A stretch of 64,000 bases of DNA from contig OX597820.1 of the NCBI GenBank assembly GCA_951406725.2, positions 114,824,001 to 114,888,000 of the forward strand. The letters are read 5' to 3'. The stretch comes from Octopus vulgaris. Lineage: Eukaryota. The position numbers were made by a program, and so were the translations under genes. The notes beneath the pieces are model-generated. The model did not search any database, was not told the origin of the DNA, and worked only from the letters and a program-made list of their open reading frames with translations. Shown piece by piece: positions 25,700 through 38,760 of this stretch (within the stretch, counting starts at the first letter, position 1; the number at the start of each line of letters is the position of its first letter).

Positions 25700-26332
25700 T
25701 ATCTTCCAGCGAATGTTAAACGTCGTAAACAGTGGCTTGGAAAAATGAGAAAAGCTCAACCACAACCAAGCAGGGAACTTCATGGGAAAAAGGTTTTTCT
25801 CTCTATCTGGTGGGAATGCAAAGGCGTAATTCACTTTGAATTGTTACCACCTAATGCAACAATCAATGCTCAAGTCTACTGTCAGCAATTAGAGTGTTTG
25901 AACCAAGCTTTGAAGAAAAAGGACCCGCTTTAGTGAATCAAAAAGGAGTGATGTTTCATCAGGACAATGTATGACCCCACACTGCAGATATCACATCACA
26001 GAAGATCGAAGAGCTTGGTTGGGAAAAAGTTCCTCATCCACCTTATTCTCCCAACCTTGCTCCTTCAGACTACCAAATGGTAGTTTGCAGAATCATTTGG
26101 GGGGGTATAACTTTCGCAAGCCAGGAGGAGGTCAAAACTGACATTTCAGAGTTCTTCGCTTTGAAACCAAAAGAGTTTTACATTGATGGGATTAAAAAGC
26201 TTGTAAATAGATGGAAGGAAGTCACAGATAATCAAGGAAAGTGCATTGATGATTAAATTTCAATTAAATAGAACATTTGATCACTTGTTTTCTTTATTCA
26301 AAATTCGGACAGAACTTATGGGGTGACCTGAT
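25700..26332 (+). mobile_element. mariner 3' half
   Basis: KKVFLSIWWECKGVIHFELL..HQDN..HPPYSPNLAPSDY; ends in a TIR-like gaacttatggggtgacctga. Confidence 0.85.
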
Positions 26333-26343
26333 GTGTACATGTG

Positions 26344-26437
<94 letters not shown>

Positions 26438-26440
<3 letters not shown>

Positions 26441-26859
26441 TTTGTCCTACGAAGAATGGCTGAGGACGCTCGACCTTTGTTCTCTTGAAAAACGCCGCCG
26501 CCGTGGTGATCTCATTCTCGCCCACAACATCATAAGCGGGAAGTGTAACCTCTCGAAACAGCTGTTCTTCACTCCTGCTCCGGAGCGTCGGCTGCGGGGT
26601 CATTCCGAAAAGCTCTACCTGCGACGATTTCATCTCAATTGAAGGAGAGGAGCTTTCTCCGTCCGGGTTGCGGATCCGTGGAACAAGCTGCCAGACGAGA
26701 TGGTGAAGATGCCGACGACCGCTTTGTTCAAAGCCTCCCTGGACCTCAAGTGGCCTGAACTCTTTACATGAACACCACCCTGTACTTAACTCCATGTCCC
26801 CCTACATGGCCTTGCTATTTGCTTTTGAGCCAAATTAACTAACTAACTAACTAACTAAC
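26438..26859 (+). mobile_element. CR1/L2-type LINE 3' end
   Basis: LSYEEWLRTLDLCSLEKRRRRGDLI..LRGHSEKL..FSVRVADPWNKLP; (AACT)n tail; CpG-rich, so likely young. Confidence 0.85.
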
Positions 26860-27476
26860 ATATGATAAATGCGAAAACTAATTTCTGTGAGTCACACTTA
26901 GACCCCGCCTCTCTCACTATTCAATGACATTCCTACCGTTCCTCATGACGAGGATGATGAGGTGAGAGTAATAGTAGGCATAGAGATGGTGAGGGCACTG
27001 ACCAAGGCAGACAGAGAAAGAGTGGGTAGGTGAGAGAAAGTGGGAGATGATATACAACTTTGTTTAACCATGTCTCTTTGACAGAAATTCCTGTTGCCGA
27101 CACAGTAATTTTTGTTTTATTTTTTGCTTTCTTTAATACACACACATAAATAAAATACACTTTAATTGAAATAAAGTTTCCCCAAAATTAAACGTATCTA
27201 ATATAATAAATGTGAACGTCAGTGTGTCACACTTCTACAACTTGACTAAATCGTTTGAACTGGAAGCACAAGGCCTCAAATTTTGGGGGAAGAGATTAAG
27301 TCGATTACACCGACTCCAGTACATAACTGGTACTAATTTTATTGACCCTGAAAGGATGAAAGGCAAAGTCAACCTTGGCGGAATTTGAACTCAAAACCTA
27401 ATGGCAGATGAAACACCGCTAAGCATTTTGCCCAGCATGCTAACGATTCTGCCAGCTCGCCACCTTAATATAATAA

Positions 27477-27879
27477 TCTTTATATATAAAAGTGAGGTTG
27501 TGTGCTGTCTGTCTCCTACGATTTAGATTCCTAACTACTCCCACATTTTGCGGTGCAGTTTAACCAAAACCAGGTATCTTATAGTCGTGATTCATATCGA
27601 GCTCTTCTGGGTATTAGCGTGCGTCTATGATGAGTCTACGATTTAAAAAAAAAAATTACCATAATTTTTTTCCATTTTAATGCATTTTTTTCGCTATTAT
27701 ATAAGGGAAGTAACTCTCTAAAAATGTCTACGATGAGTCAACGATTTAAAAAAAAAATTACCATAATTTTTTTCCCATTTTTAATGCATTTTTTTGCTAC
27801 TTTTTGGCTATAACTCTCTAAAAATGCTTATATAGTTATTTCCCTTACAAACCCGAGCAACGCCGGGCGATACTGCTAG
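27477..27879 (+). mobile_element. Non-autonomous Helitron, about 400 bp
   Basis: A|TC start, cccgagcaacgccggg hairpin, CTAG|T end; near-identical copy at 48960-49353. Confidence 0.88.
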
Positions 27880-28261
27880 TATAATATAATATAATAAATG
27901 TGAATGTCAGTGGGTTATACTTTTTCAACTTTACTCCTAGAGGCTGTATCCCAACATTATACCATTTTGGAATCAGGCTTACTCTAAGAGCAAATTAAAA
28001 ACATTCTGGGCCATGGGCTGAAACCAGACCTGCAATCCTGAAATTTTGGATTCCTATGTTTTCATTACTGTGCTTGTTTCTGGCAATTTTTTTTTACGTG
28101 ATTTTTTGTGATGAATATGATTATCATTGGGATATGACTCTGGAGGAAGTAATTGCAACAAATACTCCAAAATAAGGCAGAGATCTGTTTGCAGATCTTC
28201 CTATTCAGGATCAGTTGCTTAAAAGCTAGTATACTAGCTTAAAAACCACCCTATCAGCTAG

Positions 28262-29036
<775 letters not shown>

Positions 29037-29248
29037 CGCCATGTTGATTATAGCTATACGCATATATTTTCTATCCTTCTTTCTGTATATATTTATCATC
29101 TCTATGTATCTTTCTGTATGAAGAGCGTAGGCTATATATACGTTATAATACTATGTTTTATTTATATTACATAGCGCCATACTAATACAATTGTTCGTTT
29201 GTTTTCCACCTGCCTTCGTCTTTTGTTTATTTTCATAAAGCTTCCCGT

Positions 29249-29781
<533 letters not shown>

Positions 29782-29880
29782 TAGTAGTAGTAATGGTAAG
29801 ACAACAAAAGAATGAATGAGACCTCGATATTACGTAAATAGAGGAATTTATCTGTAATATAATATGTGACAATTATTCGG

Positions 29881-29955
29881 TTGCCATAATAAGACTCTGA
29901 GATTCGGATGTTGAGGCAGAAACCTGCTCTAGCATCTCATCAGTTATCGAGGCAA
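29881..29955 (-). ncRNA. Type I hammerhead motif, mutated (left arm of palindrome)
   Basis: Reverse strand reads CTGATGA-GATG..CATCC-GAAT-CTCAGAG-TC; the GAAA core is changed to GAAT. Confidence 0.6.
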
Positions 29956-29990
29956 TCGAAAAATGCTATGAAAGTCATAGCATTTTTTGA

Positions 29991-30062
29991 TTGCCTCGAT
30001 AACTGACGAGATGCTAGAGCAGGTTTCTGCCTCAACATCTGAAACTCAGAGTCTTATGGCAA
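29991..30062 (+). ncRNA. Type I hammerhead ribozyme motif (right arm of palindrome)
   Basis: TTGCC-TCG-ATAA, then CTGACGA, helix II GATG..GCAG-GTTT-CTGC..CATC(T), GAAA, helix III CTC-A-GAG, TC (GUC triplet), TTAT-GGCAA closing helix I. Confidence 0.72.
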
Positions 30063-30387
30063 CCAAATAATTGTCACATATTATATTACAGCCGCTGTTT
30101 TTGTCCTGTTTTTACTATTATTGTTTTTTGTATTTTATATTCGTGTAACATCATCTGTTTTTCTGTCCCTGTTTTGTATATATTCGATCCTTTTTCCAAG
30201 AAATCTAATGCTCGTAGCTTAGTTTTTCCTTGGGGCTGGCCAGATTGGAGCAATCTCAAGATTAATCAGCCGAAATTGCTAGGATGATCCGGTTCTTGAC
30301 TGAAGATTGAAGGCTTCGAATGTTCCGTCCGTGTTTTTTGTATCGTCTTCTAAATGTTTTACGTTCTTGTCCCAGTTTGTATTTTTC

Positions 30388-30418
<31 letters not shown>

Positions 30419-30419
<1 letters not shown>

Positions 30420-32043
30420 CTTATTATAAAAGGCAGATTTTATCTGCCTCCCTTTGTCACTTATAGAAATCTACAATATAGGATTTCTTCAATTACAATT
30501 TACCTAGCATTTTTAAGAGTAGAATGCATCGGGTCATGCCAGGTCCAGTTTTTAAAATTTAAACTCCAATTAAGCAAAATTTACAGAAAACTCACATTCT
30601 GGTGTGTATGTCAAATGCTTTTCTTAGTCTGGTTTACAGCACACGCAAACTCACACTTGTCACTTATAGAAATCTACAATATAGGATTTCTTCAATTACA
30701 ATTTACCTAGCATTTTTAAGAGTAGAATGCATCGGGTCATGCCAGGTCCAGTTTTTAAAATTTAAACTCCAATTAAGCAAAATTTACAGAAAACTCACAT
30801 TCTGGTGTGTATGTCAAATGCTTTTCTTAGTCTGGTTTACAGCACACGCAAACGCACACTTGTCACTTATAGAAATCTACAATATAGGATTTCTTCAATT
30901 ACAATTTACCTAGCATTTTTAAGAGTAGAATGCATCGGGTCATGCCAGGTCCAGTTTTTAAAATTTAAACTCCAATTAAGCAAAATTTACAGAAAACTCA
31001 CATTCTGGTGTGTATGTCAAATGCTTTTCTTAGTCTGGTTTACAGCACACGCAAACGCACACACACAGTGTGCAACGAATAAAGTGAAACTAATTCACTG
31101 TGTGTGTGTTGACAGGTAGACAATAGAATGCGATGGCGATGTAATATTTGTTTCTGTCTATCACGCTGATAGATACATGAGTAAAATGTATGGCAAGCTA
31201 AGAGATAAGAGTGAGTGAAAATGTTCTTGGAAGAGAGTAAATAGCGACAGAGTGATTTGAGGAAGACTAAACTGAAAGTATGAAACAGTGTTTATGTATA
31301 AACAGACGACACTTATATATAGTTATGTATGCATCCGTTTAACCCTTTCGTTACCAAACCGCCCGAATTTACCTATTCATATTTAAATGAGGATATCAGA
31401 GTAAATCTCTTTACTACATTCGTGAAAACACGTATTATACTTCGTAAACACTTCAAATACAGTTTTGTACAAAAATCGAAGTGTAATTTTAATTCCGTGA
31501 ATTATGGGAGATTTTTTTCCAAAATTTGTTCCTATTGTGTTTTCAAAATTTGTAATTCTGACAAAAAATGGATACGAATTTCATTATATCAAGCAGCGAG
31601 TCAGAATTCGAAGGATTTTCTACTGAAGACCTTCATAAATCTAACTCTATGACTAAAAAAAAAAAGCATCGTTATATAAGAGTGAAGTTGTGTGTCTGTC
31701 TCCTACGATTTAGATTCGTAACTACTCCCACATTTTGCGGTGCAGTTTAACCAAAAGCGGGTATCTTATAGTCGTGATTCATATCGAGCCCTTCTGGGTA
31801 TTAGTGCGCGTCTACGATTTAAAAAAAATTTACCATCATATTTTTCCATTTTAATGCATTTTTTTTCGCTTTTATATAAGGGAAGTAACTCTCTAAAAAT
31901 ATCTACGATGTGTCAACGATTTAAAAAAAAAATTTACCTTAATTTTTTTTCAATTTTTAATGCATTTTTTGGCTATAACTCTCTAAAAATGCTTATATAG
32001 TTATTTCCCTTACAACCCAAGCAACGCCGGGCGATACTGCTAG
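30419..32043 (+). mobile_element. Composite Helitron with three 203-bp tandem repeats (30456-31062)
   Basis: TC start; repeat period measured at 30456/30659/30862; ends in the 400-bp module with hairpin and CTAG. Confidence 0.8.
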
Positions 32044-32494
32044 TCTTATTATAAAAGGCAGATTTTATCTGCCTCCCTTTGTCTCTTATAGAAATCTACA
32101 ATATAGGATTTCTTCAATTACAATTTACCTAGCATTTTTAAGAGTAGAATGCATCGGGTCATGCCAGGTCCAGTTTTTAAAATTTCAACCCCAATTAAGC
32201 AAAATTTAGAGAAAACTCACATTGTGGTGTCTAAGTCAAGTGCTTTTCTTAGTGTGGGCTAGAGCACACGCACACACACACACACACAAAAACGGAGCGA
32301 TCTGATTCACTCATGCTATCACTCTAATTTCTACGACTTTCTCTTTGCAAGTGTGCAACGATTAAAGTGAAAGTAATTCACTTTTTGTAGTGAGTGACTC
32401 TTTCACTCTGCATTCCCACTTCCTCTTTACACACATAGACACGCAAATATATAAATAAAATTGTAAGCTAATGTGTGTGTGTGTGTGTGCGTGT

Positions 32495-32531
<37 letters not shown>

Positions 32532-34107
32532 CGTGTGTGTGAGGGTGCGTGTGTGTGTGAGGGTGCGTGTGTGTGTGACAGGAAAGTTTTTTAGGACGAA
32601 TATAAGACCTAAAGTATATCCAAGTAGCAGAAAGATCGCCCAAAAGTGTATATAGATATTTAAATGTATTTATATATTCATCTATACACAGATGTATGTA
32701 TAATGTGTGTGTATATATTTCCATAGAGGTAACCTTTCACTCCATACAAAGTTTTTTAGGACGAATATAAGATCTAAAGTATATACAAGTAGCAGAAAGA
32801 TCGCCCAAAAGCGTATATAGATATTTAAATGTATTTATATATTCATCTATACACAGATGTATGTATAATGTGTGTGTATATATTTCCACAGAGGTAACCT
32901 TTCACTCCATACAAAGTTTTTTAGGACGAATATAATATCTAAAGTATATACAAGTAGCAGAAAGATCGCCCAAAAGTGTATATAGATATTTAAATGTATT
33001 TATATATTCATCTATACACAGATGTATGTATAATGTGTGTGTATATATTTCCATAGACGTAACCATTCACTCCGCACAAAGTTTTTTAGGACGAAAATAA
33101 GATCTAAAGTTATCTCTAAGTAGCACAAAGATCGCCCAAAAGTGTATATAGATATATAAATGTATTTATATATTGATCTATGCACACATGTATGTATAAT
33201 GTGTGTGTATATATTTCCATAGAGGTAACCATTCACTCCATACAAAGTTTTTTAGGACGAAAATATTTATATATAAAAGAAAGGTTGTGTGTCTGTCTAC
33301 TCCGATTTAGATTCGTAACTACTCCCACATTTTGCGATGCAGTTTAACCAAAACCGGGTATCTTATAGTCGTGATTCATATCGAGCCCTTCTGGGTATTA
33401 GCGCGCGTCTATGATGAGTGTACGATTTTACAAATAATTTACCATCATTTTTTTCCATTTTAATGCATATTTTTTTAAATAAAGGGAAGTAACTCTCAAA
33501 CTTCACACCAATATGCGTGCTCATATGCGACATAATATCACATCAGCAGCATTTCCTCACACCCTCCTTGCACTTGGCGAAGGCAAAATACCAGGGGATG
33601 AAAATGGTAATATTGCCATCGATTCCATTTGTACCATTGTTAAGACGCCTTCTGATCTCAGAGATGCAGTGTTCCCAGATCTACAAGCTAATTATCAGAA
33701 TATGGACTGGATTCGGCAAAAAGGCTATACTGGCCCCGAGGAATAAAACTGTTCACCATATTAATGATGAAATGCTAAAACTCATTCCTGGGGAAGTCTA
33801 TGTATATCAGTCTATCGATACAACTCCTGACCCACAGGACGTCATCAACTATCCAATAGAGGTACTCAATTCCTTTGAGCACCCCGGACTACCACCACAC
33901 TTTCTCAAACTTAAAGTTGGTGCCCCTATAATGCTCATCAGAAATTTGGTTCCCCCAAAACAATGCAATGGCACACGTTTGATCGTTAAGTCCTTATCTC
34001 CCACCGTAAGCTTATATCAATATTTGCCTGAATAATCATCATAATTCAGTGCAATTATTAACAGTACTTTCAAGCAATTCAGCCCCGAGCAACGCCGGGC
34101 AATTCTG

Positions 34108-34111
<4 letters not shown>
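32044..34111 (+). mobile_element. Second head-to-tail composite Helitron with about 4 x 165-bp repeats and a helicase fragment
   Basis: Starts immediately after CTAG with the same tcttattataaaaggcag end; 165-bp repeats at 32583-33262; 3' hairpin cccgagcaacgccggg. Confidence 0.8.
33513..34006 (+). pseudogene. Helitron PIF1-family helicase fragment (frameshifted)
   Basis: AILAPRN..IN, YPIEVLNS..GLPPH.LKLKVGAPIMLIRNL..CNGTRL motifs; frameshift near 33720. Confidence 0.88.
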
Positions 34112-34144
<33 letters not shown>

Positions 34145-34200
34145 AGTCAGTTGTTCATAAGTCTGAAAAAAAGCACGCACTAAAAACCTTTTGAGCAGTA

Positions 34201-34424
34201 GTATTTAATGTAGTTTTGGTTATGGCCACCTGTCTGCACTTAGCAAAATAGGTGACCCATCAAACCTGGCTGGAGGCACATAACCTCTCTACTACTGGAG
34301 ACAGGAATATCTCCTGCAGAAGAGAGGTTATGTATGTCTCTGGCCAGTAGGTCTGATAGGTCGCTGATTTTGCAAAATCAATGGTAACTCCCTGACTGGC
34401 CATAACCAACAACTACATTAAATA
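34201..34424. mobile_element. Foldback/MITE-like palindrome
   Basis: tttaatgtagtt..ggttatggcca pairs with tggccataacc..aactacattaaa; inner arms cataacctctct/agagaggttatg also pair. Confidence 0.7.
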
Positions 34425-35446
34425 TATGTGTGCGTGTGTGTCCCACCCACAAGTAACAACACATTTTTCACCCACCATACCCTAAGAAGCCGAAATACAT
34501 CTCTTTTAAACTGCATCTTTCTCTTCCTCACATTCCTATGATTGTTTTCCAATACCCTTTTTCTGCCCTCACTACTCTGCTCACTATATCACTGCTCCCC
34601 CACCCCCTATTTTACTACCCACGTTCTATGCTCAGATCCTTATTACTTGTGAGTACACACTAGCACTACACCATCTCTCTTCTACTCTCTCTTACACTTT
34701 TGCTGTTTCCTACTCTCCCCCTCTCTCTCTTTCTCTTTGGTCACTCTCTCCTCTTCTTTTTCTTCTGATTAGGTAACCAAGTATCTCCTTTACATTAGCA
34801 CAATTGTTTCTGGCCTCTTTCTTGTACCCCCTCTCTCTCTCTCTCACTCTCTCTCTCTTTCACTGGGTAACCATGTACCTCCTCTATAGCAGGACACCTA
34901 TTTCTGCCTCTCTATTTCTCTGTCACACTAACCTTATATCATTTGATATTGGTTCACCTCCTCTAATGAACCCCTCTGTTGTGGCAAGACACCTGCTTCC
35001 GTCTCTCTGTCATCTTCAAAACTTTCATCCTCTGACACAAGTTCTCCCTCCTCAAATGCTCCTGCCCCTCTCATAATTCCTTGTCTTGCAAGTTGCTTGG
35101 TTACCCCGCCCCTGCTGGTGTCACATTAAAAGCATCCAGTCCACACTGTAATGCGGTTCACCTTTGGAAGGGCATCCAACTGTAAAAATCACATCAAAAC
35201 TGCCAGTGTCATATAAAAAGCACCAAGTCTCCTCTGTGGAGTGGTTGGTGTTAAGAAGGGCATCCAGCCGTAAAATCCCTGCCAAAACAGACAGTAGCCT
35301 AGGGTAGTTTTTCTACCTGGCTGGCTCCTGTCAATCATCTTACCCATGTATGGAAGATGGACATTAAACGATGATGATGATATATTATTCACTTATATAT
35401 TGAAATATTATTTTACCAAACAAAATATATAAATTTTTATACTTAC

Positions 35447-35608
35447 TACTGTCAAAAACTGGATTTGAAACAACAGAAGGCAATGAAATGGAAAATTTAT
35501 TGTCTTCTTTGCTATAGAGGTATGCCTGGAAATTAAGTCTCACAACATTCAGTGACATATTCTTGCCTTGCTTTCTGGCTGATTCTTCAGCATCATTGAT
35601 TTCATTCT
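35447..35608 (-). CDS. NF-kB RHD exon (end of N-terminal domain)
   Basis: ENEINDAEESARKQGKNMSLNVVRLNFQAYLYSKEDNKFSISLPSVVSNPVFDS resembles p50 MDLSVVRLMFTAF..VVSDAIYDS; 162 nt, phase 1-1. Confidence 0.95.
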
Positions 35609-36049
35609 CTAGAAAAGACAATAACAACAATGAAATAATAATAGTCCTTTCTATTATAGGCAAAAGGGATGAAAGTTTGGGGCAGGGAATTAGTTGATAA
35701 CATCGACCCAGGACTGAACTGGTGCTCATTTCATTAATCTGAAAGGATGAAATGCAAAGTCAACCTCAGTGGAATTTGAACTCAAAAGGTAAAGATGGAC
35801 GAAAAGCAGATAAACATTTCTAACAATTCTGTTAGCTCATAGCCATGATGAGATGATGATGATGATGATGATGACTATCATCATCATCATTTAAGGTCTG
35901 CTTTCCATGCTGGCATGGGTTGGACGGTTTGAGATGGAGCTAGGTTGCAGGGAGCTGTCCAGACTCTAGCTGTCTATTGACGCAATGGTTTCTACATCTG
36001 GATGCCCTTCCTAACACCAACCACTTAACAAGTCCTCTATAGCCAAAGC

Positions 36050-36290
36050 CCACGCTTCACCAACACGTAACATAGTTGTACATACACAGGCATCAAACAA
36101 CATACCTTTCACTCTAAGGGAGAGACCCTTAGTTAACAACAACGGTAGAAGCTCTCTGAACTTCGCCCCTAACAACTACACTTTCAGAACTCCCTTCCCC
36201 ACTGCTAACTTGGTCTCCTAGGTAACAGAAGTTATCTACTATGTCTAATGATCTACATGAGCATTTCAGGGAGCCTACTGTAACAATAAT
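36050..36290 (-). mobile_element. RTE LINE RT C-terminal fragment
   Basis: LDIVDNFCYLGD..LSLRVKG.LFDACV..YVLGEAW-like remnants. Confidence 0.65.
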
Positions 36291-38149
36291 AACTAGCAGG
36301 ACTCGTGAATATTCCATGGAATTAATGGTAAACTTATTGGGTTATTTCTGAAAACATTATCCAAAAAACCTGAAAGTGTAGCCTGTGTTGTGTCTATATC
36401 AAAAGCTAGTTGCTCTCTTGCTATTCACTGAAAAGTGAAGGAAATTGGAATACAATGATTACTTAATGCATTTTATATACACACTTTACATACTTTATGC
36501 ACGGTTGTATAGACTTAATACACAGTACACTCCCTCTTTTTGCTGGTGTCACATTAAAAGCATCCAGTCCACACTGTAATGCGGTTCACCTTTGGAAGGG
36601 CATCCAACTGTAAAAATCACCAAAACTGCCAGTATCACATAAAAAGCACCAAGTCTCCTCTGTGGAGTGGTTGGTGTTAAGAAGGGCATCCAGCTGTAAA
36701 ATCCCTGCCAAAACAGACACAGTAGCCTGTCACTCTTCACCTTTACCTTTACCTTCTTCTAATCATGTGAAAGCATTACAGACAAGCTAAGTAATGGAGG
36801 AAACAAAAACTTCATTCAAATTATGTCTGATCTTTAGAATACTTCTGTTTGTCTTCTCAAATCACAATCACAGGAAAAAACAAAGCTGATAAATATGCTC
36901 AAGTATTGCAAAATAAGTTTAATAACCAATAAGCATCAGCTTGGATTACATTTTACTCAACCAACACAGGAAGGTGGCCAATCAAACTGATTATGTAAAC
37001 AGAATTCTGATTGGTTGAAAGTGTCTTCTTATCTCAAGCTCTGATTTTCTGCCTATCCCTGTCAGAATCTTTGATGCGGAGTATCAAAATTTTAATCCCT
37101 TTCACACTTATAAAATGTCGAGCAAACTTTAAAATTTGTCATTATCGTTTTGGCCAGGAGACCAAACTGACAGTTTGGTAACCCACTAAAATAAACATTA
37201 AAAATCGAAAGGAGAAAATAAACAGCTTCACAAGTTTAACCCAGTGCTTATTGAACAAGAGACACATGAAATTTAAGAAGCGACTTGTTAGAATATACAT
37301 GTCTGTGAGGAAACATAACCAAGAATCTACCATACCAAAAGAACTGGTAATACATACATTACAAGTGTTCTGTGAAGAGAACATAAGATTGCTGCATAAT
37401 TCAACATGAATGCAAAAATACATTAAACATCATATAAGGTAAATGAAGGTTTCTATAGGAATGGTAAGTCATATTCACTTAATGAGTTTACATGCCCAAG
37501 GATGAATTATGATTTTGTCATCAACATTAGATGCAGTAAGAGCTGGTGGCGGCGATGTTGGTGGTGATGAATTTCATTGTCCTGATGCAGAGAAAGCAAG
37601 CAATAGCTTCCAGGAGGCAAACACAAGCTAGAACTCTTAAGCAGAGAAAAACTGATCTATTTAAGGAAATTGCGGGGCTCCATTGTGATAGAAACTCCAA
37701 GCAATGTAAAATGTGGCCTGGACCGTGATTACCAGCATGAACATCAAACTTCAAAAAGTAGTTAACCATTTAATGATTTCAGTAAATTTATACAGAAAAA
37801 GTAAGCATGATAACCGTCCAACATAAATAAAAGTCAACTTCATTATATTTTTTCTGTAAAAACCTATTCTGACATTAAATGAGTCAACTTCCGGTATGAA
37901 TGTTTATATTTGTATTTCATTTTTCAACAAAAAAAAAAATTCTGGAAACAATCCACTCATGTAATTTATGTACCTTCTAAAGTTTATTTTTGTTTTTGTG
38001 AAAAAAATGCGTAAATTACATTTTACAGTAATTGTTCATGAACTGTCATGCATGAACTTGGAATATATCCACCTTGCAAATTCTGATTTCACATTTCAAG
38101 TACTTCTATTCTGGGCTCCAATTTATCATCACTTCTTTTTTCTTCTTGC

Positions 38150-38760
38150 ACTAACATCATCAAAATGCAATATTTGTAAAATCTGTTGAAATCTTCCCTG
38201 GCTCATAATTTTGTTGAATATTGGGCGGCCATCTTCATGACTCCATAACTGTGTGACATTTTTCATGTTTAGATTTATAAACACCTATAAGAATAGTCAG
38301 TCCAATGAATTTCTTTAGTTCAGAGTGATCAATTTCCCTTCCATTAATGTTTGTAAACAACCTGACCTTCAACATTTGTCCATTTACAAATTACTTCAAG
38401 AAGATTCTGGCACATAAAGATAGTAAAACATGTTTCAATGCTATCACAAGACCTTTTAGCAAAATGGGATGGTCCACATTCTTGGCGCACAATATTGCAA
38501 GATGAAATTCTTACTGCTACTTGAGTAAGAGGATTAGAATGCCAAACTTCTTGTTTGTCTCTAGAAACATATTGTTCATTCATAACTGGGTGGCTTGTAG
38601 ATAATTGTCTTTGAGTATCTTCATCTGATGACTCAGAACCTAAACTGTTCAGCACACAATCACTTTCACCATCATCTTCAGAGCAATAGAAGGAATCATT
38701 ACTATCTTCTTCTCATTTTTCATCTAATTCCAATAACCTTTTTGATATTTGGTCTTCATT
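38150..38760 (-). mobile_element. piggyBac-family transposase N-terminal remnant
   Basis: Acidic N-terminus, GPS..A, ICKWTN.EG, ELKKFIGL.IL.GV, LWS..GRPIF..IMS..RF; a TTAA-ccttc end near 39311 may be its terminus. Confidence 0.75.

Noticed and set aside
30354-31119. Three similar 103-118 aa ORFs resembling a gene family
   Set aside because: Artefact of the 203-bp tandem repeat shifting frame.
33513-34035. Host PIF1 helicase gene
   Set aside because: Frameshifted fragment bounded by Helitron termini.
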